From positions 90,703 through 154,702 of the forward strand of contig CAVQDZ010000001.1 in assembly GCA_963711405.1 (NCBI GenBank): a DNA stretch of 64,000 bases, written 5' to 3'. Positions 49,434-58,707 of this stretch are shown piece by piece (positions within the stretch are counted from its first letter, which is position 1; each line of letters starts with the position of its first letter). A program made the position numbers and the translations under genes. Under the pieces are notes generated by a model that saw only the letters and a list, made by a program, of their open reading frames with translations, was not told the origin of the DNA and ran no database searches. The DNA comes from an uncultured Chloroflexia bacterium (GTDB lineage Bacteria; Chloroflexota; Limnocylindria; Limnocylindrales; CSP1-4).

Positions 49434-50398
49434 TGGCACCCTCCCGATCTATCGAGCGTGATGGACGACAAGTTGCTTGTGACATGGAGCTCAGAAGGGG
49501 CAGGGACGATGCCCGCCGTGGACCAGTTCTCGCCACTGCCTACGAGGCCGGCCGCGGCGAAGTTGTCCGCACCGAGCGTGTTCGAGTACTCGACGCGCAG
49601 GCCCGCCGTCGGCGCCAGGCACACGGTCAGTGACGAGACGTTGAGCGTGACGCTCGCCTGTACGGCCGTATCTGGAAGCAGCAGCCGCACCGAGCTCGCG
49701 TTGAGCGTCGCGCTGACGCCGCTGTCACCGGTCGCACCGCGCAGGTCCAGGGTGGAGTCGGCACCGTTGTAAGTGGCACTGACGTGGCTGACGGAGCCGT
49801 TGCCGAAGGCCAGTCGCCCGGACGCCGCGTTGAGCGTCACGCCGGCGCCGACGATGCTCGAGGCCGGCAGCGTCACCCGCCAGTGCTCGTCCGTGCCGCC
49901 GGGGATCGGTCCGGCCAGGCGGGCGCTCGCCGAACGCAGGTCGAGCGACGTCGCATCCGCGCGTACGAGCGGAGATGCGCCGTCAGTGGCGACACCCACC
50001 GACCAGCCCGGATCGCCGCCGCGCGTGAGGCTGATGTCGCCACAGCTTAATTCGATGTTGACGTACGCAGACGAGCCGCTGAACGAGCCGGTCTGCGTCA
50101 CGGGAGCCGCGGCGGGTTGGCCGCCCGTGCATATGAAAGCGGGCGACGCGAGGCCGCCGGCGAAGAAGACCCCAACGACCAAACCAAAGGCGGCCGCCGA
50201 AACGACACTACCGAGCACCCGGTAACGGGTCATGCGCAGGACCAGGCTGAGCCCGATGCCAATCAGGATGAGCGGCCACAGCCGGAGTACGGCCACGGCC
50301 GCCTGCGCGTCGATCCAGCCCATCTGCACCGCAAGCGGCACGACGCCGAGGCAGATCAGAAATACGCCCCAGCCCAGGTAGCGGCGGTGGATCTTCAT
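49430..50398 (-). CDS. LiaF-like membrane protein with C-terminal beta-solenoid (toastrack-like) domain
   Basis: WGVFLI..G...LWPLILIGIG TM motif followed by Ser/Gly-rich beta repeats. Confidence 0.7.
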   Translation of the reverse strand: MKIHRRYLGWGVFLICLGVVPLAVQMGWIDAQAAVAVLRLWPLILIGIGLSLVLRMTRYRVLGSVVSAAAFGLVVGVFFAGGLASPAFICTGGQPAAAPVTQTGSFSGSSAYVNIELSCGDISLTRGGDPGWSVGVATDGASPLVRADATSLDLRSASARLAGPIPGGTDEHWRVTLPASSIVGAGVTLNAASGRLAFGNGSVSHVSATYNGADSTLDLRGATGDSGVSATLNASSVRLLLPDTAVQASVTLNVSSLTVCLAPTAGLRVEYSNTLGADNFAAAGLVGSGENWSTAGIVPAPSELHVTSNLSSITLDRSGGCQ

Positions 50399-50407
50399 CC
50401 GGACCTC

Positions 50408-52099
50408 CTAGGAGGCGGCAGGCGCACCAGCAGCGCTGGCCACTCCGGCCATCTCCTGGAGCGTTCGCCAGTTGAGCAGTCGATCGGCGGCCGTCGCCTC
50501 GATCTCCGGGCTCGGACTGCCGTCGGCGCCGAAGTGCGGCGCAAAGCGACCCTCCGTGCGCGCGAAGGCCACGAAGTCGAACAGTGAACCGTCGGGCTCG
50601 CGATACCAGTCCTCGCGCAACGCCGGATTGCCCTGGAGCGACAGCCGCTCAGCGAGCGTCGGACCGCGGCGCGGGTCATACGTGAACAGCGGGAACGCGC
50701 GCGAGTCGACCGCGAGCCGGGCCTGCGCCGCCGACGCGTCGTCGCCGATGCCGTGCTCCGGCTGGCAGGGGGTGTAGACGATGATCACGGCGGGGCCGGG
50801 ATACTCGTTGGCGTCCATCACCGCGCGGTAGAAGTGATTGATGTGCGCGGCGGTGGTCTGCGCGACGTACACCTCGCCGTGGGCGAGAAGGATGCGGCCG
50901 AGCTCCTTGCGCCGTTGCGTGTAGCCGTGCGTCTCCTTGCCGAACGCCGACAGCTTGGTGATCTGGCCGCCGAAGCTCGCGGTCGAAGACTGACCACCGG
51001 TATTCGAGTAGGCCTGCGTGTCCAGGACCATGACCTTGATGTCCGCTCCGCTGGCAACCATGCGTGACAGGGCCTGAAAGCCGATGTCGTACATGCCGCC
51101 GTCGCCACCCACGGCCCACAGCCGTCGATCCGCGTGACCTGCCTGGTCCCAGCGCGCACGAATGCCCATCGCATCTGTTGGCGCGTTTTCGAAGAGCGAG
51201 TTAGTCCACGGGATGACGTACGGGTTGTACGGGTAGGTGCTGCCATAGACCGTGTTGCAGCCGGTTGCGGCAACCATGCCCATCGACTCGGGGCCGTGGA
51301 TCTGGCGTGTGGCCGCGACGAGCATGCGCAGCGCCGTGGCTTCGCCGCAGCCCGAGCAGGACCCGGCACCGCCCACGTAACCGACCGCGTGCTCGCCGAG
51401 CATCAAGTCGGCCAACGCCTTGTCATTGCGGTAGACCGGCGGCGTGGGCGCCAACGAATTGAAGAAGCTGAACGCGACGCGGTAATCGCTGACGGTCGAT
51501 GGCGTCGTATCCGTCGCCGGTTGCTTGTCGATCATGACCAACGCGTCGTGGCCCAAGTGGGCGCATACCTCGACGCACTCGGCGCAGCCCTTGCAGTTGG
51601 TCGGGTCGATGAAGATGCCGAATAGCGCCGGCTCGATGCCCTTGCGCTCGGGCACGGTCGCGTACTTCTGAGTCTCGGCGAACTGCGCGTGCAGCTGCGT
51701 CTCTATCGCGGCTGGATCAGCCTGGGTCGCGGCGAAAGTCGTGATCGCGTTTTCGAGCGCGGCACGGGGTTGGGCCGTGGCCAGGATGGCCGTGTCGGGG
51801 CAGACGTTGACGCACGCCATGCAACCAACGCAGGCCTCAGCGATGAGCTGTGGGATGCGCGGCGACAGCGTCGAGAAATCGCGCGTGGCGGCTGTGGCGG
51901 GCGGAATGATCGAGCGTGCCAGGCCGGCGTCTGCGGGCAGCCCGCGGTCGGCCTTGCCTGACTTGTAGCTGGGCACGATCGTGGCGCCAAAGTCGGTGAC
52001 GTAGGTGTTGACGTCGAAGACAGGCAGCGCGTGGGCAAGGCGCACCTCGTGCGTCTCCATCGGTTCGCCTGCCTTCTTGGTCAGGACGTGTTCAACCAT
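50408..52099 (-). CDS. Pyruvate:ferredoxin oxidoreductase, 2x[4Fe-4S] + TPP-binding (delta-beta) half
   Basis: CVGCMACVNVCP, CKGCAECVEVC, GSCSGCGE, ATGC, NSLFEN, GGDGGMYDIG, YSNTGGQ. Confidence 0.92.
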   Translation of the reverse strand: MVEHVLTKKAGEPMETHEVRLAHALPVFDVNTYVTDFGATIVPSYKSGKADRGLPADAGLARSIIPPATAATRDFSTLSPRIPQLIAEACVGCMACVNVCPDTAILATAQPRAALENAITTFAATQADPAAIETQLHAQFAETQKYATVPERKGIEPALFGIFIDPTNCKGCAECVEVCAHLGHDALVMIDKQPATDTTPSTVSDYRVAFSFFNSLAPTPPVYRNDKALADLMLGEHAVGYVGGAGSCSGCGEATALRMLVAATRQIHGPESMGMVAATGCNTVYGSTYPYNPYVIPWTNSLFENAPTDAMGIRARWDQAGHADRRLWAVGGDGGMYDIGFQALSRMVASGADIKVMVLDTQAYSNTGGQSSTASFGGQITKLSAFGKETHGYTQRRKELGRILLAHGEVYVAQTTAAHINHFYRAVMDANEYPGPAVIIVYTPCQPEHGIGDDASAAQARLAVDSRAFPLFTYDPRRGPTLAERLSLQGNPALREDWYREPDGSLFDFVAFARTEGRFAPHFGADGSPSPEIEATAADRLLNWRTLQEMAGVASAAGAPAAS

Positions 52100-52517
52100 C
52101 GGTCGGCCTTCGCGCGAGCGCGCGCACCAGGTCGGTTGTCGAGATGACGCCGACTGGTGTCGTCTGGTCGTCGTCGACCACGACGAGGCGGTGGACGTGG
52201 GAGCGTTCCATGACCTGCGCCGCTTCCTCGAGCGACATCTGTCGGTCGGCGGTGAGAGCCGGCGAATGCATCAGGTGCCGAACACGAAGCCCGGGCCAGC
52301 GGTGCCACAGGTGGCCGACAGCCCGTGCGCGGACGATGTCGGTCTGGCTGATCACACCCAGCAGCACGCCCTGGCTGTCGACCACGGGCAAGCCGCTGAT
52401 GTCGTTCTCCTCGAGCAGGCGCACGGCGTCGTCGACCGTGGCCGACTCGTCGATGACGATCGGATCCGGGGTCATCAGCTGGTCGACCGTTACCGGCTCT
52501 GCGACGTGGGTAGTCAT
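52092..52517 (-). CDS. CBS-pair protein
   Basis: LMTPDPIVI, ISGLPVVD, GVISQTD, VHRLVVV, GVISTTD. Confidence 0.9.
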   Translation of the reverse strand: MTTHVAEPVTVDQLMTPDPIVIDESATVDDAVRLLEENDISGLPVVDSQGVLLGVISQTDIVRARAVGHLWHRWPGLRVRHLMHSPALTADRQMSLEEAAQVMERSHVHRLVVVDDDQTTPVGVISTTDLVRALARRPTDG

Positions 52518-54487
52518 GCGTGTGCCTCCTGCAGCTCTCGGGGCGCTTCGGCGCCTGCCGGCGCGGCGGCGCCGCGCAACGGCCCGGTGACATCGATGAG
52601 CTCCTCGTATGCCGCGCGGATCAGTCCCAGGTTTGCGTCGACGACGGCGCCGCCGCGCTTGCCGACTGACTTCGTGAGTGGTCCCTTGACCGCGGCCATC
52701 AGCTCGTCAATGGGCAGTCCGCGTGCAGCCACGAACGGGGCCACGCGCAGGAAGACGCCGACGAGTGCCGCGCCCTGCATCCTGCGGGCCATGTCGGGCG
52801 TCGGCGCGAAGCGCTCGGCGAGCGCGAGCGAGTCGAGCGCGACAACGTTGATGTCGCGCGCGATGATCTCCGCCCGGGCGTAGGCCGGGATCGAGTTCCA
52901 GATCTGCGCGGCATCGTCGAGCTTGCTGTTCAGGAAGAGCGTGCCGGCGTCGACGAGCCCGGCGAGCGGGTCGCCCTGGCCGAACGCGCTGACATCGTGG
53001 AGCGGGACGAGCTCCACGTAGCGCAGCTCGCTGTGCTGACGGATCGGCTCGTCGGCGATGGTCAGGTAGTAGGTCGTGGGCAGGCCACGCTTTTCTGAGC
53101 CGTAGCGCGGATAGGCCTGGACATACAGCCCGAAGAGGTCGCCGATGACGCTGGCCAGCAGCTTGTTGACCGTGACGGAGCCGTAGCCGCCGATCGAATG
53201 GCCGCGCAGGCTGTACGCGCCACGCGGGCGGATCTCGATTTCGGGTGCCTCGAGTGCGAGTGGGTGCTTGATGCCGAGCACGGCATACGGCCGTTCGGCC
53301 ATCAGAGCCTCGTCGCCGAGCCAGTCGTAGACGGCGATCAGGTCAGCCGACGAGACGTCGCGCGACCCAAGTCCGGCGGACGCCGACACGACGCGCGGAA
53401 TGCGCTGTCCGTCCGCGGCCAGGTCGGCGAGGGCGGCTTTCAGCTCGCGCGTCAGCGGGTTGGCAGAGGCGGCCGGCTCGTCCGTGCGCTCAATTACAGC
53501 AACCGAGTGCGCGCCGCCAAGCGCCTGTGCGAGCTCCGCGGCGGGGAACGGCCGGAACGATGTCACGGCCACGACCCCGGCGCGCACGCCTTGCTCGCGC
53601 ATGTGGTCGACGACGTCGCGCAGGCTGTCGGCGATCGTGCCCATGGCCACGACGATCCGATCGGCGTCTTCAGTCCGATATGCGTCGATCAGCCCATAGC
53701 GCCGACCGGTCAGCGACTGCCACTCGGCCATGACCTCCGCGAGGACGGCCGGGATGCGCTCGTACCAGGCGCGCTGGGCGATGCGGCCCTTCATGTAGCT
53801 GTCCTGGTTCTGGACGACGCCGGTCATGAGCGCCTCAGCCGGGTCGAACAGGTCGCGGATGCGCTCGCGCGGATCGCCGACGAAGTCGCGCAGCAGCTCG
53901 TCTTCCGGCAGCATCGCGTTTTCGAGCGTGTGCGTGGTCAGGAAGCCGTCCTGGGCGACGAGGAATGGTGTCTCTGTCTCTTCCGCCACGCGTCGGGCAA
54001 TGGCCGTCAGATCGGCCGCCTCCTGGACGTTGCGCGCGAAGAGCACGCCCCAGCCCGTGTCGGCGACGGCCATGACGTCGTCGTGGCCGGCATGGATGTT
54101 GAGCGCCTGGCTGGTCAGCGCCCGGGCGCCAACGTGGAAGACCACCGGCAGGCGCTTGCCGCTGATGACGAACAGCACTTCCTTCATGAGCACCAGGCCC
54201 TGCCCGGCGGTGAAGTTGGTGACGCGGCCGCCGGCCAGCGCGTAGCCCTCGGCGGCGGAGGCGGAGGAATGCTCCGATTCGGGCTCCAGGAAAGTCAGGT
54301 GGGTGCCCCACAGGTTGTGCTTACCGTCGGCGACCGCAGCCTGGAAGAGCGTCGCCATGGTCGTCGAGGGGGTGATCGGATAGGCGCAGCAGCCCTCGGC
54401 GATGCGCGTCTCGACGTATGCGACGGCCTCAGATCCGTCGATGATCGCGGCCTTGCCGGGGTAGCGAGGATGGGTTGTTTCGTTCAC
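52514..54487 (-). CDS. Pyruvate:ferredoxin oxidoreductase, alpha-gamma half
   Basis: DGSEAVA, YPITPST, ESEH, FTAGQGL, DGFLTTH, HSIGGYG, YGSEKRG. GTG 54487. Confidence 0.92.
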   Translation of the reverse strand: MNETTHPRYPGKAAIIDGSEAVAYVETRIAEGCCAYPITPSTTMATLFQAAVADGKHNLWGTHLTFLEPESEHSSASAAEGYALAGGRVTNFTAGQGLVLMKEVLFVISGKRLPVVFHVGARALTSQALNIHAGHDDVMAVADTGWGVLFARNVQEAADLTAIARRVAEETETPFLVAQDGFLTTHTLENAMLPEDELLRDFVGDPRERIRDLFDPAEALMTGVVQNQDSYMKGRIAQRAWYERIPAVLAEVMAEWQSLTGRRYGLIDAYRTEDADRIVVAMGTIADSLRDVVDHMREQGVRAGVVAVTSFRPFPAAELAQALGGAHSVAVIERTDEPAASANPLTRELKAALADLAADGQRIPRVVSASAGLGSRDVSSADLIAVYDWLGDEALMAERPYAVLGIKHPLALEAPEIEIRPRGAYSLRGHSIGGYGSVTVNKLLASVIGDLFGLYVQAYPRYGSEKRGLPTTYYLTIADEPIRQHSELRYVELVPLHDVSAFGQGDPLAGLVDAGTLFLNSKLDDAAQIWNSIPAYARAEIIARDINVVALDSLALAERFAPTPDMARRMQGAALVGVFLRVAPFVAARGLPIDELMAAVKGPLTKSVGKRGGAVVDANLGLIRAAYEELIDVTGPLRGAAAPAGAEAPRELQEAHA

Positions 54488-54521
54488 GTCGTAAGCGTGG
54501 CAGCGGGCACTCCATCCGGGA

Positions 54522-54560
54522 CGTGACGCGCGGTACCCAAAGACAGGGCCGTTTGGCACG
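54522..54560. promoter_or_regulatory. DosR/OsdR-like boxes upstream of PFOR operon
   Basis: AGGGCCGTTTGGCACG (54545-54560) plus weaker minus-strand GGTACCGCGCGTCACG (54522-54537), centred about -42.5 from GTG 54487. Confidence 0.6.
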
Positions 54561-54619
54561 CCAGTCAGGTCACTTCAGCGCTACGGATCCGTGATCGCCG
54601 GCACCTAGGGTCTGCGGCG

Positions 54620-55150
54620 ATGGCACCCAAGCGCGCAACGCTCGTAGCGACCGGGCCGGGACTCCGGCTCGTCGCCGGTACCGCCTCAGGCCATGCCGTG
54701 ATCTTCGACGACGAGCACGGCAACTCCGCCGCGCGGCCCATGGAAGTGCTCCTCGCCGCGCTGGGCGCGTGCGCGGGCATGGACGTCCTGTCGATCCTGC
54801 GCAAGAAGCAGCAGCCGGTCGCGGCCTACCACGTCCGGGTTGAGGGTGACCAACGCGTCGAGCATCCGCGCGTCTACACGGAGATCCGCGTCGTGCACGA
54901 GTTGGAGGGTGCGGGCATCGACGAAACGGCCGTTCGCCGCGCCATAGAGCTGTCCGCCGCGCGCTACTGCTCGGTCTCAGCCATGCTCGCCAGCGGCGTC
55001 GTGACCATTCGCCACCGCTATGTGCTGCGCGGCGTCTGTGAAGGCGATGACGAGGTTGGTGAAGTGATCGTCACCGGGCCATATTCGGCGCCCGGATCGA
55101 TACCGATCGGCCTGGGCTCAGAGCCCGTGGAGGCTGCCCTCCGCTCCTAG
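54620..55150 (+). CDS. OsmC family protein
   Basis: RPMEVLLAALGACAGMDV..IL.K and YCSV. Confidence 0.9.
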   Translation: MAPKRATLVATGPGLRLVAGTASGHAVIFDDEHGNSAARPMEVLLAALGACAGMDVLSILRKKQQPVAAYHVRVEGDQRVEHPRVYTEIRVVHELEGAGIDETAVRRAIELSAARYCSVSAMLASGVVTIRHRYVLRGVCEGDDEVGEVIVTGPYSAPGSIPIGLGSEPVEAALRS

Positions 55151-55166
55151 GCCGCCAGGAGGCGTC

Positions 55167-56438
55167 CTACACGAAGTGCGCGCGCCTCGCCTCTGATTCC
55201 AGCTCGTCGCGGAAGCGCGGGTCCGATATCGCGATGAGCTGGCGGGCGCGTTCGTGGATCGATCGCCCGTGCATCTCCGCAACGCCCCACTCGGTGACAA
55301 CCGTCTCGACATGTGCGCGCGTCGTGACCACGCCGGCGCCCTGGGCGAGAAAGGGCACGATGCGCGACACGCTGCCGCCGGCCGCGGTGGATGGCAGGGC
55401 GATGATGGCGCGCCCCTCATCGGCCAGGGCGGCGCCGCGTATGAAGTCCATCTGCCCACCCACGCCGCTGTACATGCGCGGGCCGATCGAGTCGGCGCAC
55501 ACCTGGCCGGTAAGGTCGATCTCGATCGCCGAGTTGATCGCAACCATTTTCCGGAAGCGACGGATCACGGCCGTGTCATTGGTGTACTCGGCCGAGCGCA
55601 TCTCGACCATTGGGTTGTCGTCGGCCCAGTCGTAAAGCCGCTGGGTGCCGAGCATGAAGGTGGCCACCACTCGACCGCGATTGATCTCCTTCTGGCTGCC
55701 CGTGACCACGCCACGCTCGACCAGGTCGAGGACCACGTCGGTCATCATCTCCGTGTGCACGCCAAGCTCGCGCTTGTCGCCCAGTGCGTTGGCTACGGCC
55801 GACGGGATCGCACCGATGCCCATCTGGAGCGTCGCGCCGTGAGGCACCAGGGCGGCGATGTATTCACCGATGCGCTGCTCGACCTCACCGATCGGATCAA
55901 GCGCGTGCTCGTAGGGCGGTACGTCCACCTCGACGCCCAGGTCGATGTCGTCAACGTGAACGAAGGTGTCGCCCAGGGTGCGCGGCATGCGCGCGTTCAC
56001 CTGGGCAATGACCACCTTGGCCGTCTTGATCGCCGTCGGCAGGGCAATCACGGAGGTGCCCATCGAGCAGAAGCCGTTGCGGTCCGGACGCGAGACGTTG
56101 ATGAGCACAGCGTCGAGGGCCAGGATGCCGCGGCGCATGAGCGCCTGCGCATCTGACAGGAACACCGGGATGTACTCGGCGCGCCCCTCGTTGACAGCCT
56201 TGCGCGCGTTCGGGCCGATGAACAGGGCGCGGTGGTAGAAGTGGCCGGCCATCTCAGGCGCCAGGTGCGGCCCCGGCCCTTCGCAATGGAAGTGGACGAT
56301 CTTGACGTCGCGCAGATCCGGCGCGCGCGCCACCAGAGCGTCGAGCAGTACGGACGGTGTGGCGGCCGCTGCATGGAGCCAGACCTGGTCGCCGGACTCG
56401 ATTCCGGCCACGGCCTCAGCCGCCGACACGATGCGCAT
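55167..56438 (-). CDS. Acetyl-CoA hydrolase/transferase (4-hydroxybutyrate CoA-transferase-like)
   Basis: LQMGIGAIP, HTEM, INSAIEIDLTGQVCADS, GVGGQMDF, VTEWG. Confidence 0.93.
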   Translation of the reverse strand: MRIVSAAEAVAGIESGDQVWLHAAAATPSVLLDALVARAPDLRDVKIVHFHCEGPGPHLAPEMAGHFYHRALFIGPNARKAVNEGRAEYIPVFLSDAQALMRRGILALDAVLINVSRPDRNGFCSMGTSVIALPTAIKTAKVVIAQVNARMPRTLGDTFVHVDDIDLGVEVDVPPYEHALDPIGEVEQRIGEYIAALVPHGATLQMGIGAIPSAVANALGDKRELGVHTEMMTDVVLDLVERGVVTGSQKEINRGRVVATFMLGTQRLYDWADDNPMVEMRSAEYTNDTAVIRRFRKMVAINSAIEIDLTGQVCADSIGPRMYSGVGGQMDFIRGAALADEGRAIIALPSTAAGGSVSRIVPFLAQGAGVVTTRAHVETVVTEWGVAEMHGRSIHERARQLIAISDPRFRDELESEARRAHFV

Positions 56439-56499
56439 TAGCTCTCCAGGTGAATGTTGACGCCGGCCACGACCCTACGACGTGGCCGGCGCCAGCCAT

Positions 56500-56515
56500 A
56501 GGGCCGATTGGCCGT
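56500..56515. promoter_or_regulatory. DosR/OsdR-like box
   Basis: AGGGCCGATTGGCCGT upstream of the CoA transferase. Confidence 0.6.
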
Positions 56516-56521
56516 CACACG

Positions 56522-58108
56522 TCAGTGCATCATGACGCTGATGCGGCCCTTCATCCACGGATGTGGCGTGCACGCATAGTCGAAGTCGCCGGGCTTGTCG
56601 AAGGTGTACGAGAAGGACTGTCCCGCGGCGAGCATGCCCGAGTCGAATGAGCCATCAGCGGCCGTCACGGTGTGGACCATGCCCGGGTCGTTGTTGGTCC
56701 AGGTCACGGTCGCGCCGAGCGGGACCATCAGCACGTTCGGGCCGTAGTCCGGCGGATTCTCCGTGTCGGCGAATTCATCAACAGCGCCATCTGCCTGGAA
56801 AGTGCTCGCGCCGGGCACGATGCTGACGCTGTAGCCCGTTGCCGGTCCACCCGACCCTGCGGGAGCGGACGGCGACGGCATGTCCGTGGATGGCGCCCCA
56901 CTTGACGTGACGGTCGCGGCCGGAGTTGGCGTCGCGGCAGGCGTTGGAGTCGTGGCCGCCGTTGGCGCCGGGAAGCCCTTGAAGATCTCCGGGTTCGGAT
57001 CGCCGGTGACCACGATCTGGCCGATTGCGCCCTTGTCAAATGCGCGTGCCAGGGCATGGTCGACCAGGACGATGGTCGAGGGCACCTGGGCGATCAGCTC
57101 CACCACCGTGCCGCCGCCGGCGGGCACGAGCGTGGTCTGGACTCCCCGCAGCGGAGCGTTGAGCAACGCGCCGTCCTCCCAGACCTTGTCCCAGTGCGAG
57201 CCAATCGGGTGGAAGTTGCTGTCCAGGTTGAGGCCCGCGTCAACGAAGTAGATGCGCACGTGGTCGCCGACGCTGACCCGTGGGGCGTTGTCGCCGGTGA
57301 GTGAGCCCATCGCCCCGTTGAACACGACGTAGGTTGGGTTCTCGTCCGTGATGGCCTTGCGATCGGTCGTCAGCGTGCCATCGGCGGCCTTCGTCGTGTA
57401 GTACTCGGACTGGACGATGTAGAGCTCCTTCTCGACCGCTGGCAGTGGCGTCTGCGGATCGACGAGGATGCCGCCGTACATGCCCTGGGCGATGTGGCCG
57501 GGCACGTCTCCGGCAGCGCAGTGGTACATGAAGATGCCCGGGTAGAGCATGCGGGCTTCGATCGTCGCGCTCTGACCGGGCGCGACGGTCAGGTCCTTGG
57601 CCCCGCCGCCCTGGCCGGTTACGGCGTGGAAGTCCACGTTGTGCGGCATGGTGCCGTTGTTGGTCAGCGTGAAACGCAGGATGTCGCCCACTCTGGCGCG
57701 GATGATCGGACCCGGCGTGCCGGTCGTGACCTGATTGTCGTCGTGCAGCCGGTAGCCCCAGGTCGTGTACTGGGTGCCGTTCGGGTCGATCGCCTGGACG
57801 CCCTCGACGACGTCGAAGTGGACTTCAACGATGGCCTGTGAGGTCCGCGTGGCAGCGGGCGGCACGTCCGGCGCGTAGGCGACGTTGACCTCGCCCTGTG
57901 GCACGGGCTTGAGATCCGCTACTGGCGTCAGCGCCGGCAGGACATCGTCGCTCGCGCCGGCCGAGACGGACGGGGAGGGCGCTGTTGCGGTGGCGGGTGA
58001 CGGACTGGGGCTCCGATCGGAGCGCTGGCGCGCGGTACAGCCGACGAGCAGAGCCGCGATGACCAGAACCGACAGAACAGCGATGACCGCGCGGTGTAGC
58101 GGCTTCAC
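56522..58108 (-). CDS. nirK: Copper-containing nitrite reductase, lipoprotein, with C-terminal cupredoxin domain
   Basis: Lipobox LLVGC. PHNVDFH, YHCA...HIAQGM, NFHPIG, VDHAL supply the T1/T2 Cu ligands and catalytic Asp/His. After a PT-rich linker, HTVT...YACTPHPWM. GGAGG SD. Confidence 0.88.
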   Translation of the reverse strand: MKPLHRAVIAVLSVLVIAALLVGCTARQRSDRSPSPSPATATAPSPSVSAGASDDVLPALTPVADLKPVPQGEVNVAYAPDVPPAATRTSQAIVEVHFDVVEGVQAIDPNGTQYTTWGYRLHDDNQVTTGTPGPIIRARVGDILRFTLTNNGTMPHNVDFHAVTGQGGGAKDLTVAPGQSATIEARMLYPGIFMYHCAAGDVPGHIAQGMYGGILVDPQTPLPAVEKELYIVQSEYYTTKAADGTLTTDRKAITDENPTYVVFNGAMGSLTGDNAPRVSVGDHVRIYFVDAGLNLDSNFHPIGSHWDKVWEDGALLNAPLRGVQTTLVPAGGGTVVELIAQVPSTIVLVDHALARAFDKGAIGQIVVTGDPNPEIFKGFPAPTAATTPTPAATPTPAATVTSSGAPSTDMPSPSAPAGSGGPATGYSVSIVPGASTFQADGAVDEFADTENPPDYGPNVLMVPLGATVTWTNNDPGMVHTVTAADGSFDSGMLAAGQSFSYTFDKPGDFDYACTPHPWMKGRISVMMH

Positions 58109-58137
58109 CAGTGGACCTCCCGTTGCGCGAGTTGCAG

Positions 58138-58168
58138 AAATGAACAGCAACGAGGTTCGTGTTTATTT
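58138..58168. promoter_or_regulatory. AT-rich imperfect palindrome, candidate Rrf2 (NsrR-like) operator
   Basis: AAATGAACA-N13-TGTTTATTT between divergent nirK and rrf2. Confidence 0.45.
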
Positions 58169-58180
58169 TGTGACCCGCCA

Positions 58181-58196
58181 CGTGCCGTTCGGCCCT
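58181..58196. promoter_or_regulatory. DosR/OsdR-like box
   Basis: CGTGCCGTTCGGCCCT (reverse complement AGGGCCGAACGGCACG). Confidence 0.6.
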
Positions 58197-58230
58197 ATTC
58201 GGAGGGGCAACAAGACGGCGAACTGTGCAT

Positions 58231-58707
58231 ATGCAACTTGAGCTCGCCCGGCGCACCGACTACGCGATACAGGCGCTCGTCCTGCTTGCCCACAATCCCG
58301 ATCAGACGCTGAGCAGCGTCGAGATATCCAAGCGCACCCACGTTCCCGTCCGCTTCGCGTCGCAGGTCATGGGCTACCTGGTGCGCGCGAAGTTCGTGAC
58401 CGCCGTAATCGGTCGGTCAGGCGGCTATCGGCTGAGCGAAATGCCAGAGCGAGTCAGCGTGCTGGCGATAGTCGAAGCAGTGGAAGGGGAGACCCGGCGC
58501 AAGCGCTGCGTCCTGCGCAGCGGGCCGTGCCAGCGCGCGATGCCGTGCGAGATCCACGACGTATTCAGTGCTGCGCAGGAGGCGCTTATCGCCGAGCTCG
58601 CCGCGGCGACGCTGGCCGACGTCGCGGCTGCGCCGCAGACCTCTAGTCGGACGTCGAGTGACGCTTCGCCAGGTATGCCGCCGCTTGCGCGCGGCGCTGG
58701 AGATTGA
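58231..58707 (+). CDS. Rrf2 family Fe-S transcriptional regulator (NsrR/IscR-like)
   Basis: TDYAI.AL, G..GGY.L, I..AVEG, three-Cys motif CVLRSGPCQRAMPCEIH. Confidence 0.9.
   Translation: MQLELARRTDYAIQALVLLAHNPDQTLSSVEISKRTHVPVRFASQVMGYLVRAKFVTAVIGRSGGYRLSEMPERVSVLAIVEAVEGETRRKRCVLRSGPCQRAMPCEIHDVFSAAQEALIAELAAATLADVAAAPQTSSRTSSDASPGMPPLARGAGD

Noticed and set aside
56462-56490. Inverted repeat GCCGGCCACG-N9-CGTGGCCGGC as REP or mobile element end
   Set aside because: Single copy seen. More simply a hairpin between nirK and the CoA transferase.
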